DNA from: a virus
Lineage: Duplodnaviria > Caudoviricetes
Direction: 5' to 3' (one strand)
Length of the DNA: 33,345 bases
IMG/VR virus record: IMGVR_UViG_3300049009_000441
Location: 1-33,345 of that record
Made by a program: the position numbers and the translations under genes
In this document: positions 1 through 8,800 of the stretch, piece after piece
How positions within the stretch are numbered: the stretch's first letter is position 1
Layout: each line of letters begins with the position of its first letter
The notes under the pieces: generated by a model
What the model saw: only the letters and a program-made list of their open reading frames with translations
Database searches by the model: none
What the model was told of the DNA's origin: nothing

Positions 1-1
1 C

Positions 2-313
2 AAGCACCCCGACCACCTTCCGCTTGGTGATACGCCACCCGCTCCCAAGCCTAAACGCAGTGCTAAGCAAAGGGCACTGGCAAAGGGCAAAGCTGAAGAA
101 GGCGATTCAAGATTCTACGTTGTCCGCGTTACGAGCATCCGAAAGCGCCTCATTGATACCGACAACCTGGTTCCAAAGTGGCACGTCGATTCCCTCCGTT
201 ACGCTGGAATCCTACCAGACGATGCGCCAGAGAGAGCGCGAATTGAAACAAGCCAGCGCAAAGTCCAAGAAGGGGAAGAGGAACACACGCAAATCGAGAT
301 CCTGATCCAATGA
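2..313 (+). CDS. RusA-like Holliday junction resolvase, catalytic part (5' partial; frame 2, absent from the ORF track)
   Basis: My translation of frame 2 is open from the window start: ...FYVVRVTSIRKRLIDTDNLVPKWHVDSLRYAGILPDDAPERARIETSQRKVQEGEEEHTQIEILIQ*. It carries the RusA DxDN..K...D...G...DD signature. Its stop (311-313) overlaps the next ATG (ATGA). Confidence 0.75.
   Translation, partial: KHPDHLPLGDTPPAPKPKRSAKQRALAKGKAEEGDSRFYVVRVTSIRKRLIDTDNLVPKWHVDSLRYAGILPDDAPERARIETSQRKVQEGEEEHTQIEILIQ
3..305 (+). CDS. Overlapping frame-3 ORF with RusA-like N-terminal motif (LPSLN...HW.RAKLKK); start uncertain, possibly 5' partial
   Basis: Frame 3 is open from position 3 to 305. The PSLN strand-helix motif is typical of RusA-family N-termini. 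The ORF lies entirely within the frame-2 ORF. Confidence 0.45.
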   Translation, partial: STPTTFRLVIRHPLPSLNAVLSKGHWQRAKLKKAIQDSTLSALRASESASLIPTTWFQSGTSIPSVTLESYQTMRQRERELKQASAKSKKGKRNTRKSRS

Positions 314-588
314 AATCCCGCCCTGATGACCTCTTCCCATCCATCCGCCTGGTTCTGACAAACCACTGGTATGATGAAACAATATCCGGCCGCAAACGCA
401 TCGAGTACCGGGTAATGACTGCCAGATGGATGAAACTGATCCATGCCCGCCGTGACACCCTTTGCTTCGTCACCTTTTCCCGGGCTTACACCAAAACCAC
501 CACCACCTATTCCATCACCCACATCGATCTAGGAACCTGCCCAATCCCCGGATGGATTGGCCTCTTCATTCGCATCCACTTCAAATGA
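310..588 (+). CDS. ASCH/PUA-like domain protein
   Basis: WYDETISGRKRIEYR matches the ASCH GxKxxExR motif. ATGA-coupled on both sides. Confidence 0.75.
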   Translation: MKSRPDDLFPSIRLVLTNHWYDETISGRKRIEYRVMTARWMKLIHARRDTLCFVTFSRAYTKTTTTYSITHIDLGTCPIPGWIGLFIRIHFK

Positions 589-971
589 TCTTTCCAGAAT
601 CCCACCGCCACCAACTCCCCGGTTACGAGTCCGCCAAGGGCGACACCTACGGGGTTTTTCTCATCCCGTCCGGGTCCGACGTTCTCCTTTGCATCGCCAC
701 TGATGGAGAATGCCCCGGCCTCACCGGCACCCAATGGGAACACGTCAGCGTCTCCGTTCGCAATCGCCGGGGTGTTCCCCTGTCACGATGCCCCACATGG
801 GATCAAATGTGCGTTGTGAAGTCTGCCTTCTGGACGGATGACGAGTGCGTCATGCAACTCCACCCACCGCGGGCTGAATATGTGAACCTCCACAAGCACT
901 GTCTCCACCTTTGGAAACCCGTGAAGCTCTCCATCCCGCAGCCGCCCTCAATCCTCGTTGGTCCCAAATGA
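585..971 (+). CDS. Conserved phage hypothetical protein, His/Cys-rich (128 aa; start corrected to 585)
   Basis: ATGA overlap with the ASCH stop. Motifs WEHVSVS, RCPTWDQMC and HPP..EYVNLHKHCLHLW are typical of a recurrent phage family. Confidence 0.75.
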   Translation: MIFPESHRHQLPGYESAKGDTYGVFLIPSGSDVLLCIATDGECPGLTGTQWEHVSVSVRNRRGVPLSRCPTWDQMCVVKSAFWTDDECVMQLHPPRAEYVNLHKHCLHLWKPVKLSIPQPPSILVGPK

Positions 972-1228
972 AACGCACCCCCATTCGCCGCATATCAGCC
1001 AAGCGTGCCCGTGAGATGAAGGAATACACCCGCCTTCGTGCGGAGTTCATGGCCGCCCGGCCAACCTGTGAACGATGCTCCACCCGTGCATCCAAGGAGT
1101 GCCACCACAAAGCCAAGCGTGGAATCAATTACTTAAACGTCTCCACATGGGCCGCTCTCTGCCATGCCTGCCACCGCAAAGTACATGAGAACCCATCATG
1201 GGCTAGAGAAAATGGCCTATTGATTTGA
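968..1228 (+). CDS. Small HNH-type Zn-binding nuclease (86 aa; start corrected to 968)
   Basis: Basic N-terminus MKRTPIRR, then CxxC...HH...N....LCxxCH..VH. ATGA overlap with the upstream stop. Confidence 0.75.
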   Translation: MKRTPIRRISAKRAREMKEYTRLRAEFMAARPTCERCSTRASKECHHKAKRGINYLNVSTWAALCHACHRKVHENPSWARENGLLI

Positions 1229-1726
1229 CGTGTATCCCGAGTATGGCACTTAAACAGTATGAACTTTCCATTTACGGGGACATTTAGAAACAAACTTCCA
1301 AGTCTTTTCCTCAGTAGATTTATGGCAAAAATAGAGGAAAACGAAAAAGGTTGCTGGATATGGACAGGGGCTAAATTCGTTTCCGGATATGGAAAAATAA
1401 ATACCGGTGGGAAAATGGTAAGGGCACACCGTATATCCTACGAGTTATCCAATGGTAAAATTCCAATTGGGATGCACGTACTTCATACATGTGACAATAA
1501 ATTATGTGTAAACCCCAATCATTTAGAGGTTGGAACTCAAAAAAAGAACATGATTGATGCCTCAACAAGAGGACTCATCAAAAGAAGTTTAACCGAGGAT
1601 CAAGCCATCTCCCTATTGAATGATCCTGAAAATAAAAAAAGAGGTTTCATTGTTAAAAAATCAAGTGAACTAGGTGTTTCCATAAACACCGTTCTACGTT
1701 TATTAAAAGGTAAGACATGGAAATAC
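1181..1726 (+). mobile_element. Free-standing homing endonuclease insertion (boundaries approximate)
   Basis: AT-rich block. Deleting 546 bp restores an in-frame host gene ending CHACHRK-LHTHPKDARAKGWLA*. Confidence 0.6.
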
Positions 1727-1774
1727 CTCCACACCCATCCCAAGGATGCCCGGGCAAAGGGGTGGCTCGCATGA
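1259..1774 (+). CDS. HNH homing endonuclease (HNH_3-type) with C-terminal HTH-like DNA-binding region
   Basis: CWIWTG...GYG...RAHRISY...VLHTCDNKLCVNPNHL..GT...N motif. Strongly AT-rich (17/60 GC in 1621-1680 by hand count) against roughly 60% GC flanks. Confidence 0.9.
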   Translation: MNFPFTGTFRNKLPSLFLSRFMAKIEENEKGCWIWTGAKFVSGYGKINTGGKMVRAHRISYELSNGKIPIGMHVLHTCDNKLCVNPNHLEVGTQKKNMIDASTRGLIKRSLTEDQAISLLNDPENKKRGFIVKKSSELGVSINTVLRLLKGKTWKYLHTHPKDARAKGWLA

Positions 1775-1995
1775 GTATCTTGGGAAAGACGGTTTTCGTA
1801 ATCTCCTTCGGGCTGGCCTTGGTGTGGACCTTCGCCCTTTACCGCATCGCCTACCCCAAGCGCCTGAAGCCCGTGCGTTGCGTCCATCGCTGGACCACCG
1901 TCACCACCTACCAGAACGGACACAAAAAAAGGCGGTGCTCCGAGTGTGGAGCGGTCCGCCTTTTCGTTCCTTCTTTTCGTCAGCCTTGGTTTTAA
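1771..1995 (+). CDS. Membrane-anchored Zn-ribbon protein (74 aa; start corrected to 1771)
   Basis: ATGA overlap; N-terminal hydrophobic helix; CxHxW...CxxCG. Confidence 0.65.
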   Translation: MSILGKTVFVISFGLALVWTFALYRIAYPKRLKPVRCVHRWTTVTTYQNGHKKRRCSECGAVRLFVPSFRQPWF

Positions 1996-2303
1996 GGGAT
2001 AAACAACCGGTGAAGCCCCAGGCTTACCGACCATGAGATTATCCCCCCGATCCCGCCCACCACGGCGGTGATCGTTGCAACCCGTACCGTCACGGATTGC
2101 TTGAACTCTTCGAGCCGGGTCACCCGGCCGTTGGTCTTCAAGACCTGTTCCTTTATGGCCCCGAGCTCGGACTTGATTTCAAGCCTGAACGTGGTCCGGT
2201 CTTTTTCCGATTGGTTCATGCGTTCCAGTAGTGTGGCGAACATGGCATTTACTGAGTGAGGATCAAACACCTGGTTCTCATTTCGGTCATCCCAGTTGTT
2301 CAT
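1992..2303 (-). CDS. Coiled-coil protein with C-terminal TM helix, holin-like (103 aa; start corrected to 2303)
   Basis: TGATG overlap with the upstream gene; KTNGRVTRLE coiled-coil motif followed by hydrophobic VATITAVVGGIGGIISW. Confidence 0.65.
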   Translation of the reverse strand: MNNWDDRNENQVFDPHSVNAMFATLLERMNQSEKDRTTFRLEIKSELGAIKEQVLKTNGRVTRLEEFKQSVTVRVATITAVVGGIGGIISWSVSLGLHRLFIP

Positions 2304-2950
2304 CACTCTCCCCCTTTCTTCGTCTCCAATGCGTCCGGGATTCCGTTCCCATTGGCGTCCCACTCCGCCCGCTTGTACCCGGCCACCATCAGCCCGGCGC
2401 CGGCCAGCACCGCCAGCCACAACCAGGCCGGAACCTCCGCCAGCTTCCAAGCACACCCGGCCGCCACCGCCCCCACCAGCAGACCATTGGATAACGCCGG
2501 CCACTGGGGAAGCATCGAACGAATCACCAGCCCCACCACCCCGCAACCGATAGCTGCCCAGAGAAGCCAGCGCCTTTCCTCCGCCGCGCTCTCCACCTCG
2601 ATACGCTTCACCGCCACAGTCGAATCCGTTGACCCGCTCGATGCCCGTTCCTGATGCGATTCTGAGCGAAGTTCCGAGGCCCCCGCCAGTACCACCTTCA
2701 CAGCTGCCGGAATGGCCGCAGACGTAGCAGACGCCGCCACCCCTACCGTGCTCTCGACCGTTGACCCTGCCGGGACTGGCAACGTGGTGACAGTCCCCCC
2801 CGTCTCCACTGTTGCCGGCGACCCGATGTCCTTTGGCCCCTGCGCCGTTGCCCCCTTTACTTTAACCCTGGGCAATGCCAGCCCACAGCCACCAAGGCAA
2901 AGCATCAGAAGCCCCACCGATATTAAGAAAATCACGCCGTTATTTTTCAT
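2303..2950 (-). CDS. Predicted lipoprotein with C-terminal multi-pass membrane domain (spanin-like candidate)
   Basis: Signal peptide ending in lipobox LGGC; about 3 hydrophobic segments near the C-terminus; terminal DANGNGIPD. Confidence 0.6.
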   Translation of the reverse strand: MKNNGVIFLISVGLLMLCLGGCGLALPRVKVKGATAQGPKDIGSPATVETGGTVTTLPVPAGSTVESTVGVAASATSAAIPAAVKVVLAGASELRSESHQERASSGSTDSTVAVKRIEVESAAEERRWLLWAAIGCGVVGLVIRSMLPQWPALSNGLLVGAVAAGCAWKLAEVPAWLWLAVLAGAGLMVAGYKRAEWDANGNGIPDALETKKGGE

Positions 2951-3389
2951 GTTTGATTATTAAGATTTCTGAAACGCGCCCAATAAAGTTTATAACAGTA
3001 ACACGTCCAGCATCATAATTGCGGTTGTTGATTCCCCCAGTGATCCATCCGCCTGAATCCTTACCCGCCAACTCATGCACGACCAAGCCCGCCCGGCCGT
3101 GCCTAAACACCACTACGTCCCCCTTCACCAACCAATCGAATGACCATGATGGAATACGGACGTAGGCAACCACCTCATCAGCACGACCAGCAGGAATCAA
3201 CGGCGCCATGGACCCCGTTCCCAGAACCCCCACCCACTCAGCAGGGGCACCAGCAATACGCGCTTTAATCTCAGCCAAGCTCAACACTTCAGGATTAATC
3301 TCCTCAGCCTCTTCACGCAGATTGCCCCAAAGGAAAAACCCAGCCAGTGCCACAAGCGCACCAGCCAGGATAAACTTCACGTTTTTCAT
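2940..3389 (-). CDS. S26/S24-clan serine peptidase (signal peptidase-like), N-terminally membrane anchored
   Basis: N-terminal TM, then GTGSMAP (Ser), GDVVVF, VVHE (His), TGGINN..D and FIGRV, in the order of the S26B boxes. Confidence 0.7.
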   Translation of the reverse strand: MKNVKFILAGALVALAGFFLWGNLREEAEEINPEVLSLAEIKARIAGAPAEWVGVLGTGSMAPLIPAGRADEVVAYVRIPSWSFDWLVKGDVVVFRHGRAGLVVHELAGKDSGGWITGGINNRNYDAGRVTVINFIGRVSEILIIKHEK

Positions 3390-3392
3390 AAG

Positions 3393-5876
3393 TTAACTAG
3401 AAACCCATGCCGTGCCATTAAAGAATACAGGACATTTCACCGCCCCACCACCTATTAAAGCCCCTAGATAAGTTGGTGCCGTGGCGTCCGTGACAAAAGC
3501 CGTATCACCAGCAACGCCCGCTGGCAGAGTCGCCACCGTGTATGATTTAAGCCGAACTATTCCACCCAATACAAGGGCGAGCGAAGTTACAATTTGCGTA
3601 TTTTGAATGGATAACGCCAAGACATCGCTTCCAGCGTTATTACCAGGGCGGAAGTTGATTTGGTTAAAGGCCTTAAACAGTACGTCGTTTGACGCTGTGG
3701 AATCGTCGGAAGCCAAGCGTTTTATCCCAAGGATATTGGCCCCCGTCGGTGTGTCATCAGCACCGAGTCTAAGCATGAAGCCAGTTGTACCCGACGGATG
3801 AATCTTAACGTCTGCAAAAAGACGGGTAAAGTTCTTGTTAACGAGCATAGCCCGAACGGTCGGCGCATTGTTAGGGCACACGATGAAATCAGCAAACGTA
3901 CTAAATGTGGCGTCGTTACTTGCTGCGCCTGTGCCATCTTGCCGCAGAATATCCAGCAGCGTGTTTGATGTGCTTGGGTCTTGGAACTTGTAAAAAGAAC
4001 CACCGCTTGCTGTTTGGTACGAAAGCAAAGTTCCGTTTGACGTTAAGCCAAACATAGATTTATCGAGAACAACAAAGTTTGGACTGCTCTCGTATGGAAC
4101 TCTATAGGCTTTAGAGAAGTTACGAAATACGGTCTCGTTTCCAATGTCGGTCAAATGGCTGATGTCCGTAGGCTCCTGATCCGTCGAATCAAGCCAGTTG
4201 CTAAAGTTGTTTGAAAAGTAAACAGGATAAAATTGACCGTAAACCCCAGCAGCCGCTTCCGCAGTCTTTGCAACCTCATAGAGATGTGTCTTTGTGCGTC
4301 CGTTAGCTGTGTTACCAACTACGGAACCGTAAAGGATTGATCGGTTGCTTACCTTTGACGTGTCGGCATCTTTAAACGTGATACCAAGCCACTTTGCCGT
4401 TCCAGATACGTTTTCAACACGAATAACAGCAGTAGGCGGCAGTCCTTCCAAGTGGATGCATACTGGGAAAATATCACCTGCAAGCGGATCATTATACACA
4501 AGTGTCCACGTTCCAACCGGAACATCATTAACTTTTACAAGAACCTCCCCAGAAGTTGCACCTACATCAAAATGGATACCGCAAGCACGTTTATTGGTAA
4601 GCACCAGTGAAACATACTTAGATGCTCCCAAATCAAAAGTATAACGCGCACCACTATCATCTTGATAATAGAATGGATTTGTTTTTCCGGCTGCGCCAAT
4701 AATCCATTCAGTATTTGATGCCACAACATTTGTTGACCAACCGGGTGTTGCTGCAACTGGTGATAAATGAGTCCAACCTAGATGTGTCACCCCATACCAA
4801 CCATCGGCATTTGCACGGTCTAAAACAGCCTCATGTGCAAAACGAAGATATTTATAATATTCTGCACTACCTTCATTGGCGGAAGCAGTGTTGTTCCATC
4901 CACACATAAACACAGCCATTCCAGTCCAATTGTAAGGTAGATTGCCAAGTCGGTTATAGTGCGACTCCCAATTATTTGCAGCATCACCGACTTGCATCCG
5001 GTAACTAATACGAGAACCACCATACCCCTGATTGCTTACGGTAAGTGCACGGTCATGTTTGGTGCATAGTTTATCCGTCCAACGATAAGCAGGGATTACA
5101 TACCCACCAGAAGTGTAAGGTTTACTTGCTGCATTAATACCAGCCGTTTGAGAATCACCAAAAAAATAACCCGTTCCAAGTTTTGGAATAAGTGGGTAAG
5201 TTGATTCGTTTAAATCAGTAATAGATGCACTCAAAGCAGGCCCATCCACTGATTCCGCACTTGCCGCAGCAAGCGCCGCGCTAGCTGCCGCCGCTTCCGC
5301 TTCATTCGTGGCAATGCCAGCCTGAGTAGTAGCAATGGCCGCTTGTGCCGTAGCTATTGCAGCCTGCTCTATGGCCTCATCAAGAATAGCCTGAACATCA
5401 GTGTATTCCAATGCTCCCGTGGTCGCATTAAAAGACATCATTTTCCCCAACCTTCCAGCCAACTCCATTTCCCCATCCAGCACTTCCCCGGCCTCGAAGC
5501 GAATCGTCCGCCCCAAGACCTCAGAAAGCGCCTGACACACCATCGTCAGCCGGTCCAGTGCCCGCTCCACCGTCTCACCCGGGAAACGCCCGTTATAAAC
5601 GAAGTCAACCAACTGACTGATCGGGATGCTTCGAATGATCGTGATGACGTCGGCAATGGCCGTCCCTGCCCCGTTAAAGATAACCGAACCCCCGGCCTCC
5701 CCATTCTCCCCGGTTGTGGTGTAATGGGTGGCCAAGGTAAGCGTGGTGTAAACCCCCGCCCGGAGCCGGATGACCTTCAGGTGTTCCTCTTCAAGGAAGA
5801 AGAACGGGACAGCCACCGTCTGAGTAGCAGACGCCAGCGTGTATTGAATGCGTGAATTTGTGTTTGGAACGCTCAT
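3393..5876 (-). CDS. Tail fibre/spike: T7 gp17-like N-terminal anchor plus SGNH/GDSL esterase-like domain
   Basis: N-terminal ...ERALDRLTMVCQ anchor motif; Ala-rich coiled linker; SGNH blocks FFGDS, NQGYGGS, CGWNN and DISH; last structural gene of the operon. Confidence 0.8.
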   Translation of the reverse strand: MSVPNTNSRIQYTLASATQTVAVPFFFLEEEHLKVIRLRAGVYTTLTLATHYTTTGENGEAGGSVIFNGAGTAIADVITIIRSIPISQLVDFVYNGRFPGETVERALDRLTMVCQALSEVLGRTIRFEAGEVLDGEMELAGRLGKMMSFNATTGALEYTDVQAILDEAIEQAAIATAQAAIATTQAGIATNEAEAAAASAALAAASAESVDGPALSASITDLNESTYPLIPKLGTGYFFGDSQTAGINAASKPYTSGGYVIPAYRWTDKLCTKHDRALTVSNQGYGGSRISYRMQVGDAANNWESHYNRLGNLPYNWTGMAVFMCGWNNTASANEGSAEYYKYLRFAHEAVLDRANADGWYGVTHLGWTHLSPVAATPGWSTNVVASNTEWIIGAAGKTNPFYYQDDSGARYTFDLGASKYVSLVLTNKRACGIHFDVGATSGEVLVKVNDVPVGTWTLVYNDPLAGDIFPVCIHLEGLPPTAVIRVENVSGTAKWLGITFKDADTSKVSNRSILYGSVVGNTANGRTKTHLYEVAKTAEAAAGVYGQFYPVYFSNNFSNWLDSTDQEPTDISHLTDIGNETVFRNFSKAYRVPYESSPNFVVLDKSMFGLTSNGTLLSYQTASGGSFYKFQDPSTSNTLLDILRQDGTGAASNDATFSTFADFIVCPNNAPTVRAMLVNKNFTRLFADVKIHPSGTTGFMLRLGADDTPTGANILGIKRLASDDSTASNDVLFKAFNQINFRPGNNAGSDVLALSIQNTQIVTSLALVLGGIVRLKSYTVATLPAGVAGDTAFVTDATAPTYLGALIGGGAVKCPVFFNGTAWVSS

Positions 5877-5893
5877 TTTTTAGGTGTGGAAAA

Positions 5894-8800
5894 TTATCGG
5901 CTGAAAGAGCCGCTTCTTTCTTTCTTTTCAATCTTATCCGCCCCGCCGCCCATCCACCAGTAAACCGGTGAACCGACAAACGGAAGCGCCCGCCAGGTCT
6001 CGAACTTGCTCACGTCGATGTCATCCCCCTCCGCAATCTTCATGGCAGATTCCACCATGTCGGTTGCAGGATAAACGATGAACGGCGCCGGCGGAGCAAT
6101 CAGAAGCAGTGCCGCCTCCACCGGATTCTTGCTCTCACGGAACCGCCACAATGCCCACCGGTTGACGCCCAGCAGCTTGAACAGGTTGTCCACCATGATG
6201 TCATCCATCACCGGCCGCCGCCCCATGATGAAATCCTTCAGCCAGTCGATTGGGCATCCAATCATGAACAGCAGCCCGGCCAGGTGAATCAGGTTGCGAG
6301 CGCCTTCCATCTTCTGGACCGCGTTACCGTTGACGATCTTCGTGATGCCTTCACGCCGAAAGGAATCAATTTGCTTCAGGGTGAAACTCTTCAGCATGTA
6401 AAAGATCCGGCCATTCGGGTGACGAAGGTAATACTCCGGATATTCCGATTGAGTCAGGGGTTGGTAATCCGCCAGCACCGTGTAAACGGCAAACAGCGTG
6501 TCCTCGGTCTTCTTGCCCGCGGCCAGATCCCGGACGACTTGGGCCCCAGTGGCAGGATCAAACGCCCGCTCGATGATTGCCCGACTCCGCCCTGACAGAT
6601 TGCCGGCCGCCGCCTCCCGCTCCATCCGCCGGAACTTCGCATTTACCAGCGTCTCCTTCCCAATCATGTCCAGGTAATGAATGCCCACCAGTTTGAACGT
6701 GCGATCAAGTGCACTGTGTAACTTGCCCGCATCCCTGAACTCTTCAGCGATTTGATCCAGCCCGAGATCCGCCCGGGTAATCTTCGACTTCCGGGCCACC
6801 GCCTGCCCGCCAGCCACCATCGTGTCAAAAACCCCGTTCTCGTACAAACTGAACGCCACATCGGTCACCTGTGAAATGGCAGAAGTAACATGCCCCATCG
6901 TTGTGATGTAGGCCATGGACTTGAAATTACTCACAAACGTCGACTGGCCCCCGCGCTGAAACCGTGCTTCGAGAATGGACTGAACTTCTGCCTGTTGCTG
7001 ATAGGTGATGTCACCCGTGGCAATCAAGTCCTCCACATAGGCGCCAATCGACGCCTCCAGCGCCAACTGGGAAGAGACCGCGCCGGGAGCACCGGCCACC
7101 GGCACCGTGAACTTACCGAAGAAGCGCCGCTTCTCAATGGCCTGGTTCAGGCTCTCAACGTAGGAAACCAAGGCCTCCACGCTATCCGCATAGAACTGAT
7201 CCGCATCCACTCCGACGACATCCGTCTTGCGGGCCTTCAGATTCCCCGGCTTTGACTCAGGACGGCGGAACCCACGCAGCACCGAATTGACCACCTCAAT
7301 GCGTTCCTCACGCGAAAGAATGCGCCCTTGGTCCTGTGCTTTCTTGGCCGCCTCTTGAAGCGCTTTCTCGATTCTCCCCTGTTCCGGCTGGCCGTAATAG
7401 TGATTCATCAGCCCATCCAGATCATTCACCTTGCGCGGGAAATAGTTCTCAATTTCACCCACGTCATAACCGGCCGCAATCGCCCGGGCCCGTGTGGCAG
7501 ACAGAACTTGCTCCACCCGGGCGAATGACCCCGCCATGCCGTAGGCATTCAGGACCGCATCCCGTGAAGCAGTGTCCCCGTTCTTCAACGCCAGATCCAA
7601 GATCCGCGCCTCCCGCTCAGGCAGTGCCTCAAATGCCAGCATCCAAGGTTTAACCGCCTCGAAGTCCACCTTCAGCGCCCGGCCTATGTCGAAGTCCAGC
7701 CGGCGCAACCTTTGCCCCAGATTGGCCTTGCCGCTGATTGCCTGCAATCGGGACACAAGCGGAACAAACAGCTTGGCCGCCAGTGATGCCTCCGTGGACT
7801 TGCGCACTGCCTTTGCCCTCGCCGGCAAAGGTTGGCCGCTATTGAGCCGGGACAGGAGCTGCGAGGATGCCGCCAGGCGCTTGGCCTGAATCCGGTTGAA
7901 CATCGCTTGGTTCGCCTGCGTCTGGTTCTGGGGAATCCCCGTGGTCGCAAAGGTAACCTCCGACTGAGGCACCCTGGAAAGGTTGAACGTTGCCGCGGTG
8001 AACGTAGCCACTGCCGCCTTTCGATCTTCAATGGTTCCCCCCGCATACTCGATGACGGGAATTCCCGCCTTGGTGAGCAAGGCCTTCACATCGCCCGGGG
8101 TGCCTACCGGAACCACGGCCCCCATGAACTCCGTCAGTTTTACCACACGCTGGGGCTTGGCCTCGAAGTAGGGAACCGGCGAGTAAAGCAGCGCCTTGGC
8201 CGCATCGATACCCGTCGCAATGACATCGCTCGGAACATCCTTAGAGTTGAACCCCGCTGACGACAATGCGGACCGGAACCCCTTTTCCGTTAAGCCGGAC
8301 TTCGCCGCCTTGGCCATTGCCTTCATCGACGCATCCAGCGCCGCCCAGGTATCGACGTCACCCTTCCAGTTCTTTCCAGCGAAGTACTCAATCACCCCGT
8401 CCCGATATTTCCCAGTCAAGGCCTTCGTCTTTTCCTCAATCGCATTCGCCTCAGTTTCCGAAACCAGGTTATGCGCAGCATTCTTCATGTGCTGAACGCT
8501 GGAAAACTGCGTGGTAGCCGCCGCCCGGGCCGCCCCTTCGCCAAAGGTCATCGCCTTCTCCTTGTTCCGCACGGTCCCCTTCATGGCCTCCGCCATGTTC
8601 TCCGCCGTGTAGGCGACCTTCTTCTTCCCGTGCTTGATGAATGGCTCCCCGTAGTAGGGAAGGATCTTGTCCTCGATCCACGTCTTCAGTTCATCCTCCC
8701 GGCCTTTCACCGCCGCGGTAAGAGCATCCCGGCTGGCATAGCGATCCACCTCGATTTTGCCCATGTTCCGCACCGCCCGGATAAGCCCAATCTGCTTTCC

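Noticed and set aside
1220-1258. Dedicated promoter for the homing endonuclease (TTGACG at 1225-1230)
   Set aside because: No convincing -10 at 16-18 bp; too weak to call.
1181-1726. Group I intron or intein interpretation of the HNH insert
   Set aside because: Almost all of the insert is coding, leaving no room for a ribozyme core. There are no intein terminal residues and the host frame has its own stop.
3393-5876. Diversity-generating retroelement, considered because of the BPP-1-like architecture
   Set aside because: No reverse transcriptase and no template/variable repeat pair were seen in the window.
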